NCBI GenBank assembly: GCA_963693055.1
Contig: OY843751.1
Location: forward strand, 3,872,001-3,936,000
Direction: 5' to 3'
From: a bacterium
GTDB taxonomy: Bacteria; Zhuqueibacterota; Zhuqueibacteria; Residuimicrobiales; Krinioviventaceae
DNA: 64,000 nt
The translations under genes and the position numbers were made by a program. Positions 20,241-30,663 of the stretch are shown here, in pieces. How positions within the stretch are numbered: the first letter of the stretch is position 1; each line of letters starts with the position of its first letter. The notes beneath the pieces are model-generated. The model ran no database searches. It worked only from the letters and a program-made list of their open reading frames with translations, and was not told where the DNA came from.

Positions 20241-21290
20241 ATGAAAAAACTGTCCATCCTTTTTTTATTGCTGGTATTTTCCTGCAGCTCTCAAAAATTC
20301 GATTTTTACTCTCAACCTAAAATCGATGCACATGTGCATGTCAGAACCTATGACAAGAGCTTTGTTGAACAGGCACAAATGGACCATTTTGGATTATTGA
20401 CTATAAATACACGTTCATCCAGCAAAACCTATATCGATGAACAGCAGCGTTATGCAATTTTTCAGAACAAACACTATCCTGTTAACATTTCATGGGCTGC
20501 AACATTCAGTATGGAACACTTTGGTGAACCGGATTGGCAGCAAAATACTATAGCCTATCTTGATTCCTGCTTTCAAATGGGTGCTATTGCTGTAAAGGTT
20601 TGGAAAGACATTGGCATGACATTTCGCAATCCAGACAGCACATTCATCATGATCGATGATGAACGCTTTGATCCTGTTCTTGATTATATAGCATCAAAGG
20701 GTAAAACCCTGGTAGCACATATTGCAGAACCGCGTAACTGCTGGCTGCCTGTAGATTCCATGACAGTAAATAATGACAAAAAATATTTTACCAACAATCC
20801 ACAATATCACATGTATTTGCATCCGGATTACCCATCTTATAAAGAGATCATTTCTTCACGTGATAATATGTTGGCAAAACATCCTGATCTGAGGGTGGTT
20901 GGCTGTCATTTGGGCAGTTTGGAATGGAGCGTAGATGAACTTGCCAAACGCTTGAATAAATATCCCAATTTTGCAGTGGATCTTTCTGCCCGAATATGCC
21001 ATCTTCAGGTTCAGGATAGAAATAAAGTTCAGCAATTTATAAAAAATTACAGAACCCGAATTTTATACGGTACCGATTTTGGAGTACGGGAAACCAGCGA
21101 CTATCAACAAGTCAGAAAAAACATTCATAACCGTTGGCTGGAAGACTGGGACTATTTTACAACCGCTAAAAGCCTGACATCCAAAGATGTGCCCAATGAA
21201 TTTAAAGGATTAAAATTAAAGCCTGAAATAGTTAAAGATATTTTTTACAACAATGCAATCAGATGGTACCCCGAAATATCAGAATTATAA
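20241..21290 (+). CDS. Amidohydrolase family lipoprotein
   Basis: Lipobox VFSC and motifs IDAHVH, AVKVWK, AHIAEP, GCHLG and YGTD. Confidence 0.85.
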   Translation: MKKLSILFLLLVFSCSSQKFDFYSQPKIDAHVHVRTYDKSFVEQAQMDHFGLLTINTRSSSKTYIDEQQRYAIFQNKHYPVNISWAATFSMEHFGEPDWQQNTIAYLDSCFQMGAIAVKVWKDIGMTFRNPDSTFIMIDDERFDPVLDYIASKGKTLVAHIAEPRNCWLPVDSMTVNNDKKYFTNNPQYHMYLHPDYPSYKEIISSRDNMLAKHPDLRVVGCHLGSLEWSVDELAKRLNKYPNFAVDLSARICHLQVQDRNKVQQFIKNYRTRILYGTDFGVRETSDYQQVRKNIHNRWLEDWDYFTTAKSLTSKDVPNEFKGLKLKPEIVKDIFYNNAIRWYPEISEL

Positions 21291-21311
21291 AATTGAACGA
21301 AAGGAAAATCC

Positions 21312-21755
21312 ATGGATTCTGCAAGCAACGCCCGTGAAACATTTCTAAAAGGCTTTACCTGTTCTCAGGCAATTGTTTTAACATTTGCCGATCAGGTAGG
21401 TCTCGATAAAAATACAGCACTAAAATTTAGCAGTGGATTTGGTGGCGGTATAGGTCGAACAGGACATGTTTGCGGAGCTGTTTCCGGCGCTGTCTGTGTT
21501 TTGGGTATGCAATATGGTTTCACAGATGCAAGTGATGCTGACGCCAAAAACATTATATATGCTAAAATTCAGGAATTTCAAAAAAGATTTCAGGCAAAAC
21601 ATAATACTTTAATTTGTACTGATTTGATTGGACATGACATCAGTAACCCACAAGATCGGGCAAAAGCCATGGAAAAAAATATCTTTAAAACTTTTTGTCC
21701 CGATTTCGTTGAAACTGCTGCCAGTATATTGGTTGAAATGCTGAATGAAGAATAA
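21312..21755 (+). CDS. C-GCAxxG-C-C family putative redox protein
   Basis: CSQA...GFGGGIG..GHVCGAVSG...LIC...FC pattern. Confidence 0.85.
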   Translation: MDSASNARETFLKGFTCSQAIVLTFADQVGLDKNTALKFSSGFGGGIGRTGHVCGAVSGAVCVLGMQYGFTDASDADAKNIIYAKIQEFQKRFQAKHNTLICTDLIGHDISNPQDRAKAMEKNIFKTFCPDFVETAASILVEMLNEE

Positions 21756-22545
21756 CAAGTACACCTGGAATGCAGACGACTATGCTAAACACTCCTCGGC
21801 CCAGCTCGACTGGGCCCGGGAATTGATAAAAAAGCTCTCACTGAACGGTAATGAATCGGTTCTGGACATAGGCTGTGGAGACGGTAAAATAACTGCAGAA
21901 TTGGCAAAAATGCTTCCCCAGGGCTTTGTTCAGGGTATAGATAATTCAACCGGAATGATCCAACTGGCAAAAAAATCGTTTCCCTCTCAAAACTATCCCA
22001 ACCTAAATTTTATAAATATGGATGCCAGAGATATACAATATACCAATCAATTTGATATTGTATTTTCAAATGCTGCCCTGCATTGGATTCAGGGGCACCA
22101 ATCTGTTTTATCCGGTATCAGTAACGCGCTAAAAACCGGTGGCAGATATTTGCTGCAAATGGGTGGTTATGGAAACGCAGCAGAAATAATCAAGATTGTT
22201 AATCAAATAATCATTAAACCGGAATGGGAACATTATTTTCAAGAATTTACATTTCCCTATGGTTTCTACACCCCGGATGATTACGATAAATGGGTAATCA
22301 ACACACGTCTCAAGCCTGAACGTACTGAACTTTTACCCAAAGAAATGATTTATGATTCTGCAGAAAATCTCAAAGGCTGGTTCAGAACGACATGGCTGCC
22401 TTTTATTGAAAAAGTACCAACGGCTTTGAAGGAGCAATTCATAGATAAAATTATAGAAACATATCTGTCCAACAATCCCCCAGATCCATCAGGTAATATC
22501 CGGGTCAAGATGGTACGTCTCGAAACCCAGGGTTACAAAGAGTAA
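21745..22545 (+). CDS. Class I SAM-dependent methyltransferase (Tam-like)
   Basis: W.ADDY, VLDIGCGDG and FDIVFSNAALHW motifs. Confidence 0.85.
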   Translation: MKNNKYTWNADDYAKHSSAQLDWARELIKKLSLNGNESVLDIGCGDGKITAELAKMLPQGFVQGIDNSTGMIQLAKKSFPSQNYPNLNFINMDARDIQYTNQFDIVFSNAALHWIQGHQSVLSGISNALKTGGRYLLQMGGYGNAAEIIKIVNQIIIKPEWEHYFQEFTFPYGFYTPDDYDKWVINTRLKPERTELLPKEMIYDSAENLKGWFRTTWLPFIEKVPTALKEQFIDKIIETYLSNNPPDPSGNIRVKMVRLETQGYKE

Positions 22546-22759
22546 TAAAATTCATACTCCACTCTGCTTAACAGCCAAATCTCATTACTCCTTGACTTTG
22601 GTACATTTTTTCGTATATTATTATATGTTTTTATTTGAATTTTCAAAAAATTTCAGAAAAACGGGTTCTATTCTCTTTTCATTCTACTTTAATTGATATT
22701 TCCCCTACTCTTATCCTGTTTTAACACATGTGTATATAATAATATATAAAGGAATACCT

Positions 22760-24085
22760 ATGTCTATATATAATGAAAAACAACAAAATTTGGCAGAAAA
22801 AATAGACTCTGATATTAAAAAATCTCAATGGCAAGATTGGCGTTGGCAAATAAAACATTCAATTAAAGATATAAATACTTTTCAAAAATTATTGGGTATA
22901 AAATTTCCAACCAGTACTCAAAAAGCCCTTAAAGAGACACTAGATAAATTTCCGCTTTCCATAACTCCCTATTATTTGTCTTTAATTGATGTTGACGATT
23001 ATGAAAACGACCCAGTATTTAAACAATCGTTTCCCTCTCCTTCAGAATTGATCATGAATGCTCATGACATGGAAGATCCGCTTGCAGAAGATAAAGACAG
23101 CCCTGTTCCTTTGGTAACGCATCGCTATCCGGACCGTGTACTGTTTCATATCAGTAATATCTGTTCCATGTATTGCCGTCATTGCACACGAAAACGCAAA
23201 GTAGGAGATGTAGATTCGATCCCTGTACGTGATGATATCAAATTAGGATTAGATTACATCCGAAACACCCCAAAAGTACGAGATGTATTATTGTCTGGTG
23301 GAGATCCCCTAATGCTGGCAGACAATTATCTGGATTGGATATTAACAGAATTACATGCCATACCTCATGTCGAGGTTGTGCGCATTGGTACCCGTATGCC
23401 GGTTGTGCTCCCGTATCGTATCACGGATAAACTGGTAGATATGTTAAAAAAACACCAACCTTTATGGATTAATACACATTTTAACCATCCCCGTGAAGTT
23501 ACCGCGTCATCAACTGCTGCGTTGCGTAAACTCGCAGATGCCGGATTCCCCCTGGGTAACCAAACCGTACTTTTAGCAGGTGTTAATGACTGCCCCCGTA
23601 TCATGAAAAGCCTGGTGCACAAATTGGTTAAAAATCGCGTACGCCCCTATTACATGTACCAATGTGATCTTTCAGAAGGTTTGTCACATTTCCGTACCCC
23701 CGTAGGTAAAGGTATAGAGATCATTGAAAGTATGATTGGTCATACAAGCGGTTTTGCTGTTCCCACATATGTTATCGACGCACCCGGTGGCGGCGGCAAG
23801 ATTCCGGTCATGCCTAATTATCTAATCTCATGGTCTACCAATAAAGTTATCCTAAGGAATTATGAAGGTGTAATAACCACCTATGAAGAACCGGATTCGT
23901 ACGAACAAGTATTCTGTGACAGAAATTGTGACAATTGCTCATTACAACTCAAGCTCGAAGAAGCGGATGAATACAAGTCCATTGGTATTGAAAAACTCTT
24001 GTCATACGATGATGATGCAATATCTCTTGTACCTCAAGACAATGAAAGATTTGAAAGACGAAACAACTCGGAAGACGAAGAATGA
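22760..24085 (+). CDS. ablA: Lysine 2,3-aminomutase (radical SAM)
   Basis: [34 protein letters not shown] and [10 protein letters not shown] (PLP lysine). ablB lies downstream. Start placed at MSIY after AAGGA. Confidence 0.92.
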   Translation: MSIYNEKQQNLAEKIDSDIKKSQWQDWRWQIKHSIKDINTFQKLLGIKFPTSTQKALKETLDKFPLSITPYYLSLIDVDDYENDPVFKQSFPSPSELIMNAHDMEDPLAEDKDSPVPLVTHRYPDRVLFHISNICSMYCRHCTRKRKVGDVDSIPVRDDIKLGLDYIRNTPKVRDVLLSGGDPLMLADNYLDWILTELHAIPHVEVVRIGTRMPVVLPYRITDKLVDMLKKHQPLWINTHFNHPREVTASSTAALRKLADAGFPLGNQTVLLAGVNDCPRIMKSLVHKLVKNRVRPYYMYQCDLSEGLSHFRTPVGKGIEIIESMIGHTSGFAVPTYVIDAPGGGGKIPVMPNYLISWSTNKVILRNYEGVITTYEEPDSYEQVFCDRNCDNCSLQLKLEEADEYKSIGIEKLLSYDDDAISLVPQDNERFERRNNSEDEE

Positions 24086-25506
24086 GTCTTGTTGATTACC
24101 TGATTTTCATAATATATATGGTTCTGGTTTTAGGTGTAGGATTTTATTTCTACTTTAAAAACCAGACAAAAGAAGATTATTATGTAGGTGGGCGTTCAAT
24201 ATCTGCCAGCCATGTTGGTTTGTCTATAGTAGCAACGGATGTTGGTGGCGGCTTTTCAATTGGTTTGGGAGGACTTGGATACCTGATGGGTTTATCCGGT
24301 TCATGGCTACTGTTTACCGGTCTGGTGGGTGCATGGATAACTGCGGTTATTATGATCCCAAAAATAAAATCCATTGACGAAAAACTGGGGCTTCTCTCCT
24401 TTCCGGATTTTTTACAACACAAATACGATCATCGTGTTGCCCTGGGAGCTGCAATTATTTCGGGTATCGGTTATCTGGGTTTTACTGGTGGTCAGATACT
24501 GGCTGGTGCCAAACTGGCAGCAAGCACTATTTTCAGTGATCTGCCCTTTTCTATGGAACCATTGACATTTTCTATTTATATTATGTCCGGAATTATCATT
24601 ATTTATACAGTATTGGGTGGTATCAAAGCCGTAATATATACGGATACTATCCAATGGATTGTGTTATTATGTGGATTACTTTTCTTTGCATTGCCTATAA
24701 CCTATTATGAGGTTGGCGGCTGGCACGAAATAACACGTCAATTACCACATAATTTTATGACATTGACTAACATAACTCCTATTCAATTGATCAATTGGTT
24801 CATTACCATTGTTCCGATCTGGTTTATTGGAATGACATTGTATCAACGGATATATGCCTGTAGGACTGTCAAAGATGCACAAAAGGCTTGGTTCATTGCC
24901 GGCATATTTGAATATCCGGTAATCGCATTTGTAGGAGTAACTTTGGGTATGATGTCCCGTATTATGTTTCCCAATATAGAACCGGAAATGGGAATGCCGC
25001 TGCTCATTAAAAATGCATTACCTATTGGTATAACAGGAATTGTGATATCTGCATATTTTTCCGCCATCATGTCCACTGCAGACAGTTGCCTTATTGCCTC
25101 ATCAGGAAATTTTGTTTCCGATATCATTCATAAACACATCCTGAAAAAGGCCTCCCATCGATTTATTATGAGACTTTCTTTGGTAGTAACGTTGATATTG
25201 GGAATTCTGACAATAATTATCGCAAGTTCTTTTGGAACGGTATTGGAGATTATTTTACACGCGTATTCATTCATGGTAGCGGGATTATTTATACCAACAC
25301 TTGGCGCGCTGTTTTGGGAAAAAAGCCATCCTACGGCCGCATTATGGAGTATTTACACTGGGGGAACGATAACCTTGATTATTATATTTGCAAAGTTGGA
25401 TATGCCCCTGGGTTTAGATGCTAGTTTTTATGGCATACTGGTTTCGGCTTTGTTCTTTATTCTGTTGTCACTCTGGTATAATAAAACGGAGAATAAACAT
25501 GTATGA
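24082..25506 (+). CDS. Sodium:solute symporter family protein
   Basis: Multi-TM protein with [17 protein letters not shown] and [12 protein letters not shown] overlaps the ablA stop (ATGA). Confidence 0.9.
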   Translation: MSLVDYLIFIIYMVLVLGVGFYFYFKNQTKEDYYVGGRSISASHVGLSIVATDVGGGFSIGLGGLGYLMGLSGSWLLFTGLVGAWITAVIMIPKIKSIDEKLGLLSFPDFLQHKYDHRVALGAAIISGIGYLGFTGGQILAGAKLAASTIFSDLPFSMEPLTFSIYIMSGIIIIYTVLGGIKAVIYTDTIQWIVLLCGLLFFALPITYYEVGGWHEITRQLPHNFMTLTNITPIQLINWFITIVPIWFIGMTLYQRIYACRTVKDAQKAWFIAGIFEYPVIAFVGVTLGMMSRIMFPNIEPEMGMPLLIKNALPIGITGIVISAYFSAIMSTADSCLIASSGNFVSDIIHKHILKKASHRFIMRLSLVVTLILGILTIIIASSFGTVLEIILHAYSFMVAGLFIPTLGALFWEKSHPTAALWSIYTGGTITLIIIFAKLDMPLGLDASFYGILVSALFFILLSLWYNKTENKHV

Positions 25507-26341
25507 TACAATAGAAAAATTACAACATTCCACAATACAGCATGGTAAATATAACGATCGGATCTATTTAATGAAACTGGATCCAAAAGATTATTTCACA
25601 CTGCCGGGTGAATTGGAAAGACTGGCAGAACAGGAAGAGTATTCTAAAATATTCACCAAAATACCTGTGAATGCGTGTATGAATTTTCAACATTATCAAT
25701 TTACCAAAGAAGCATATATACCCAAATTCTTTCAGGGCAGAACCCCTGCTTATTTTATTTCAAAATTTGTAGACCGAAAAAGGGCTCACTTGTCAATTGA
25801 AAATCGGCAGGAAATATCTGAAATTATCAAACTTGCTAAATCCAAAGCCCGGCAAAAAGATGGGCCTTTAGCAGAGGGTTTGGAAATAAGGGAATTAACT
25901 CCCAAAGATATACCCCAACTTACGGCATTGTACAAGATGGTCTTTAAAACGTATCCGTTTCCTATTTTCGAAGACGAGTATATTGCCGAAACCATGAAAG
26001 ACCATATTCTCTATTTCGGATTGTTTGATAAAGACACATTACTTGCAGCTTCTTCCTGTGAAATGGACAAGGAAAACCTGAATGTAGAAATGACTGACTT
26101 TGCAACGCATCCTGATCATCTTGGCAATGGTTACGCATACCAACTTTTACGAGCAATGGATAAAGAAATGAAAGCGCAAGAGTTTGTAACAGCCTTTACC
26201 ATTGCCCGTTCTGTTTCACATGGAATGAATATTACATTTTCAAAACGAGGATATAATTTTTCAGGTACATTGATAAACAATACAAACATTAATGGCGAAA
26301 TTGAATGTATGAATGTCTGGTACAAGACATTGCTTAAATAA
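25499..26341 (+). CDS. ablB: Beta-lysine N6-acetyltransferase (GNAT)
   Basis: IQHGKYNDRIYLMK, YPFPIF, VEMTDFAT, FTIARS.SHGMN and GTLINNT.I....ECMNVWYK. Start at MYDT after GGAGA. Confidence 0.9.
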   Translation: MYDTIEKLQHSTIQHGKYNDRIYLMKLDPKDYFTLPGELERLAEQEEYSKIFTKIPVNACMNFQHYQFTKEAYIPKFFQGRTPAYFISKFVDRKRAHLSIENRQEISEIIKLAKSKARQKDGPLAEGLEIRELTPKDIPQLTALYKMVFKTYPFPIFEDEYIAETMKDHILYFGLFDKDTLLAASSCEMDKENLNVEMTDFATHPDHLGNGYAYQLLRAMDKEMKAQEFVTAFTIARSVSHGMNITFSKRGYNFSGTLINNTNINGEIECMNVWYKTLLK

Positions 26342-26448
26342 TATCCTGCAAGTTCATTAGAATGCAAGAGTGATTAAAGATTTTCTTTAAATTTTTGCAT
26401 AAAATTTTGTATATTCATGTTTATAATAAATAAATAAAGAAAATATAC

Positions 26449-27177
26449 ATGAATACTATAGAATATTCTGTTACAATTCCGGTTTATAACGAACAGGACA
26501 ACCTGCAAGAGCTTGCCGATAATATTACAGAAGCAATGGATGCAATAGGTAAACCCTATGAAGTCATTCTTGTAGACGATGGAAGCAAAGATAACAGCAG
26601 AGAGCTCATTAAACAACTCTGCAACGAACGTGCACCCTATCGTTATCTTTTTTTCGACGGTAATCATGGCCAGTCAGCCGCATTTGATGCAGGTTTTAAA
26701 GCAGCACGCGGCGGCATCATCATCACCATGGATGCAGACTTGCAGGTAGACGCCAAAGATATTCCCAAACTCCTTGAAAAAATGGACGAGTACGATGCGG
26801 TTGTGGGATATCGCAAAACCCGCCAGGATAGCCTGAACAAACGAATTTCTTCTAAAATAGCAAATGCAATTCGTAACAAACTCAGCGGAGAGAGTATTCG
26901 AGATACGGGATGTCCGTTAAAAGCCATGAAACGGGAAGCGCTGATCAAGGTCAAGTTGTTTAAAGGCATGCACCGTTTCTTTCCCACTTTGCTGAAAATG
27001 GAAGGGTATACAGTAACCGAAGTTCCGGTGAATCATTATCCCCGCGTTCATGGCGTTTCAAAATACACAATGCGGAACCGGGCCATCCGCGCATTGCTGG
27101 ACCTGTTTGCAATCCGCTGGATGCAAAAAAGATATCTTCGCTATCAAATCATTCAAGACAGTTTACATTCCAACTAG
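26449..27177 (+). CDS. GT2 polyprenol-phosphate glycosyltransferase (ArnC/DPM1-like)
   Basis: IPVYNE, VDDGSKD, GQSAA, MDADLQ, DTGC, GMHRFFP and R.HGVSKY. Confidence 0.88.
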   Translation: MNTIEYSVTIPVYNEQDNLQELADNITEAMDAIGKPYEVILVDDGSKDNSRELIKQLCNERAPYRYLFFDGNHGQSAAFDAGFKAARGGIIITMDADLQVDAKDIPKLLEKMDEYDAVVGYRKTRQDSLNKRISSKIANAIRNKLSGESIRDTGCPLKAMKREALIKVKLFKGMHRFFPTLLKMEGYTVTEVPVNHYPRVHGVSKYTMRNRAIRALLDLFAIRWMQKRYLRYQIIQDSLHSN

Positions 27178-27186
27178 AAAAAAATC

Positions 27187-28758
27187 ATGAATACAAAATC
27201 AAACAGTTTTGCCGTTTTGTTGATCATTCTGATCACACTGATATTCTATTTACCCGGCGTTTTGTCTCCCCGTGATTTCTGGGTAGAAGACGAAGCCCGT
27301 TATGGAGAAATTCTGCGTGAAATGCTGGATGCCGGACAATGGTTTGTTCCCCATTTGAACAATCATTTTTATCCGGACAAGCCGCCGGTCTATTTCTGGC
27401 TTGCTGCAACAGTCTCGTTAATAACAGGCAAGATCACTCCGTTTTCGGGATTAATTATTACCTGGATCACCACCCTGGGTGCAATACTGACCACTTACTT
27501 TTTCACGAAAAAACTGTACAATCAGAGGGCCGCGTTTCTGGCCTCCCTTGTGCTAACGTCCACCTTTCTGGTTTTGGGCTGCGCTCAAATTGTACGTATG
27601 GATATGATGATGACCTGGTTTGTTGCCTGGGCCATTTATGCCTTTTACCTGGGATATACCAAAGGTCAAACACGCTGGTACTATCTGTTTTACATTTTTG
27701 CCGCTCTGGCAGTTATGGGCAAGGGACCTTTGGGCTTTACCTTTGCATGGCTCCCGGCTATTGTATATCTGATGACGGAAAAGAAATGGAAAGAGCTGTT
27801 CAAGTTTGTGGTCCATCCCGGATTTGTTCTCTTTTTACTGCTTGCCGTGAGTTGGATATTGGCAGCCTGGTTCACCGGTAATAAGGATTTTGTAAATACA
27901 ATCATTAACGAACAATTACTGGGAAGAGCTGTTAAATCCTTTAGTCATAAAGAACCCATTTATTTCTATCTCATGCTGCTGCCCTTTGTGCTTCTGCCCT
28001 GGTCTCCCTTTGTTCCACGCGCGCTCAAACGCGGCGGCAAAGCTTACAAACTGTTAATTCTGTGGTTTGTTCTGGGCTTTGTTACTATTTCAATTCTCAG
28101 CGGTAAACTGTTTATTTATCTTTTACCCCTGGTACCGGCAGTTGCCATGATGCTGGGCAAATTGTTCGATGAATTGTTAACCTATAAAGGAACAGTCAAA
28201 GCCTGGCGCATTGAGAGTATGATTGCTATTCTGCTCACATTTGGATTCTTTATAGCACTAGTCTTTGCTGCACCACATTACCCTATTGCTGACCAATTGC
28301 GGATCTCATCACTTGCATGGATATTCATCCCCCTTACTCTGGCAGCAGTTTGGTTTGCCTGGAAACAAAAGATCAAACATACCTTTGTCATACTCTTTCT
28401 GGGTATGTACATATTTTCTTTTTATCTGTTCCAGGTCATGATTCCCCAGTTAAATTCCTATTTTTCTGCCCGTGAAATTGGTTCAGAGATCGCACAACAC
28501 AAACAACAGGGATACACCGTCTCCATATTCAGGGTGCGCAGAGGCATTCTTAATTTTTACGCCGAAACTTATTTGCCAGAAAAAGAGTTGAGCGATCTGG
28601 ATGGATTTTTCGAAACACCTAAACAATTGCTTATTATGAAAAAAAGTGAATATAAAAAACAACAGAAACTATTGGCAGATACTCACGTATTATCAAACTA
28701 TGAAATTGCCAACGAGAAATATGTAATAATAGGAAAAAATGATGTTAAAGAATTTTGA
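27187..28758 (+). CDS. ArnT-like (GT83) glycosyltransferase
   Basis: DEARY..I.REM, PHLN...YPDKPP, MGKGP and YLLP motifs, with many TM helices. Confidence 0.88.
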   Translation: MNTKSNSFAVLLIILITLIFYLPGVLSPRDFWVEDEARYGEILREMLDAGQWFVPHLNNHFYPDKPPVYFWLAATVSLITGKITPFSGLIITWITTLGAILTTYFFTKKLYNQRAAFLASLVLTSTFLVLGCAQIVRMDMMMTWFVAWAIYAFYLGYTKGQTRWYYLFYIFAALAVMGKGPLGFTFAWLPAIVYLMTEKKWKELFKFVVHPGFVLFLLLAVSWILAAWFTGNKDFVNTIINEQLLGRAVKSFSHKEPIYFYLMLLPFVLLPWSPFVPRALKRGGKAYKLLILWFVLGFVTISILSGKLFIYLLPLVPAVAMMLGKLFDELLTYKGTVKAWRIESMIAILLTFGFFIALVFAAPHYPIADQLRISSLAWIFIPLTLAAVWFAWKQKIKHTFVILFLGMYIFSFYLFQVMIPQLNSYFSAREIGSEIAQHKQQGYTVSIFRVRRGILNFYAETYLPEKELSDLDGFFETPKQLLIMKKSEYKKQQKLLADTHVLSNYEIANEKYVIIGKNDVKEF

Positions 28759-29050
28759 TTTCTGGCTTGTGCTTGGTTTTGTAGCACAAGGCATTTTTGG
28801 AGTGCGTTTTTTGATACAATGGATAGCCTCTGAACGTAAAAAGCAAAGTGTAATTCCCATTGGGTTCTGGTATGCCAGCCTGCTGGGCGGAATGATGCTG
28901 CTGACCTATGCTATCCATATCAAAGACCCGGTGTTTATATTGGGACAGAGTACTGGTTCATTTATTTATGGTCGAAACCTGATGCTGATCTATAATCAGC
29001 GCAAAAAGGAAAAAGCAGAAAAAGAAGATCAATCCGTAACTGCTGAATAA
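28739..29050 (+). CDS. Lipid A biosynthesis N-terminal (LAB_N) domain membrane protein
   Basis: GFVAQ.IF.VRFLIQWIASE...SVIP..FW..SL.G...LL.YAI...DPVFILGQ pattern. Confidence 0.88.
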   Translation: MMLKNFDFWLVLGFVAQGIFGVRFLIQWIASERKKQSVIPIGFWYASLLGGMMLLTYAIHIKDPVFILGQSTGSFIYGRNLMLIYNQRKKEKAEKEDQSVTAE

Positions 29051-29058
29051 AATATTTC

Positions 29059-29093
29059 AAAACGGGATGTAATTGATACATCCCGTTTTTTTT
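29059..29093 (+). terminator. Rho-independent terminator
   Basis: AAAACGGGATGTA-loop-TACATCCCGTTTTTTTT. Confidence 0.8.
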
Positions 29094-29205
29094 ATACAAC
29101 GAAATCCCTTCTTCTAGAACACTGTTTGAACGTATATTGAAAAAATGTACATATTTCACTATGTTTTAAAATCGCTTTCAATCTTAAAAATCAAAGGAAA
29201 CCAAG

Positions 29206-29988
29206 ATGGTATCTCGAGTAAAGTGGTTAGTTCTATTGTTTTTCCCACTAGTCATATTGGGAGAAAAAAACGCAGAAATTATTATTCTCTGCGATACACC
29301 TCCCGAACCGCAAATGACTGTGCTGCAAAATTTCCTAATCACTAAAGATTTTAACTGTGATCAATGGTCTCAAGTGGAATATACCGAGAATTATTTAGAC
29401 GATTTTCCTGGTGCAATAATTGTTTATATTCATAAACCTCTACTCCCTCAAGTTGAAAATGCATTAATAAAATACTGTAACCAGGGAGGCAGGCTCATTG
29501 CATTACATCATGCAATAGCTTCAGCAAAACTGGAAAATAAAAAATGGCTCCCCTTTGCGGGTATTCGTTTAAACAAAGAACAAACGAGTCCGTTCCCATG
29601 GACAGTTTACAGTAATGGCAGTATGGAGATTGTAAAACTATTAGATCATTACATAACAAATAATAATGTAAACTGGAGCAATTCGACAAATTATATGTCA
29701 TCTGATCAGCCCAGTGCTGCTGCTCTGTTCCCGTCATTTACGATTCAAGAAACAGAACTTTTAGCCAACCAGATGTTTACGGATGGCCGACAAAAAACAG
29801 TGCTATTGGGATACACATTTACAGACTCTGAAACCGGAGCAATAATCACCGCAGACCGAGGCGGATGGTTTCTTGGAAAAGGAAAAGGCTATTTCTTTTA
29901 TTTTGTCGCGGGACACAATCCCTCTGATTTTGAAAACCAAAATACTAGTCAGATGATATTGAACTGCATTACCTGGGAATGGGATTGA
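29206..29988 (+). CDS. Secreted ThuA-like (class I glutamine amidotransferase-like) protein
   Basis: Signal peptide, GGRLIALHHA, and C-terminal GKGYFFYFVAGH...MILNCITW. Confidence 0.6.
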   Translation: MVSRVKWLVLLFFPLVILGEKNAEIIILCDTPPEPQMTVLQNFLITKDFNCDQWSQVEYTENYLDDFPGAIIVYIHKPLLPQVENALIKYCNQGGRLIALHHAIASAKLENKKWLPFAGIRLNKEQTSPFPWTVYSNGSMEIVKLLDHYITNNNVNWSNSTNYMSSDQPSAAALFPSFTIQETELLANQMFTDGRQKTVLLGYTFTDSETGAIITADRGGWFLGKGKGYFFYFVAGHNPSDFENQNTSQMILNCITWEWD

Positions 29989-30186
29989 TACTCGTTTTTT
30001 CTGTCTGAATTAAGATGAATGGGATTTAAAGATGACAGGATTTTGAGAGAATATCCTGTCTGTCATCAATCAGATGGATACAAATAACATGGATTCCCTC
30101 TGATTGTTATTTTTCTGCTAAAACAAACCACTAACCAGATATTACATAAACAGCGTTTATGTGTTCAGTTCAGACCGAAACAAGAC

Positions 30187-30463
30187 AGATTGTGTGAAAT
30201 TGAATCATATTAATGAAACAAATAATATAGCGTTTTTAAAATTTAATATAAAATAGGTGGAGTGCATTACTTTTAAGGAATGCGGGCCGTCGAAGACGGC
30301 CTTGACAAGATTGTATATTTATAAAAACATTGAACTTATAATGACACTAAAATCACTTGATATTTGAGAATAAAAGCAGATTTATTTCGGACCTTTGGTC
30401 CGACGCATCGCATAAACGCGATGCACTCCAAAAACACTATTTTTTCTAATTTTCACACAGTCT
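30187..30463. mobile_element. 277-bp MITE/REPIN-like structured element, copy 1
   Basis: Terminal IRs AGATTGTGTGAAATT and AATTTTCACACAGTCT. Internal GGAGTGC...GCACTCC encloses four hairpins. A diverged copy lies at 59541-59817. Confidence 0.7.
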
Positions 30464-30590
30464 AAAGAGTTTCGGTTGGAGTAAGAAAAATTATAGAGCA
30501 ACGGATGAAACATGAATAGTAGCCGAGTATTGATTCAACTTTTTCCATATTGTAATATTTACATAATACAATGAAATAACGATCTTGTAT

Positions 30591-30663
30591 ATAATCAAGG
30601 TAATCAGGAAAATCCTTGAATCAAGGTCTAATTCTTTAATAAGGGTTTAATCAAGGTTCAGGG
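30591..30663. repeat. AATCC/AATCAAGG-type short repeat cluster
   Basis: ATAATCAAGGTAATCAGGAAAATCCTTGAATCAAGGTC...TTAATCAAGGTTCAGG. Related tracts lie at about 30001, 45333, 46808, 53187, 59475 and 59840. Confidence 0.6.

Noticed and set aside
22760-24085. EpmB, lysine-fermentation KamA or pyrrolysine PylB assignment
   Set aside because: The linked beta-lysine acetyltransferase and the absence of efp/epmA, kamDE and pyl genes favour AblA.
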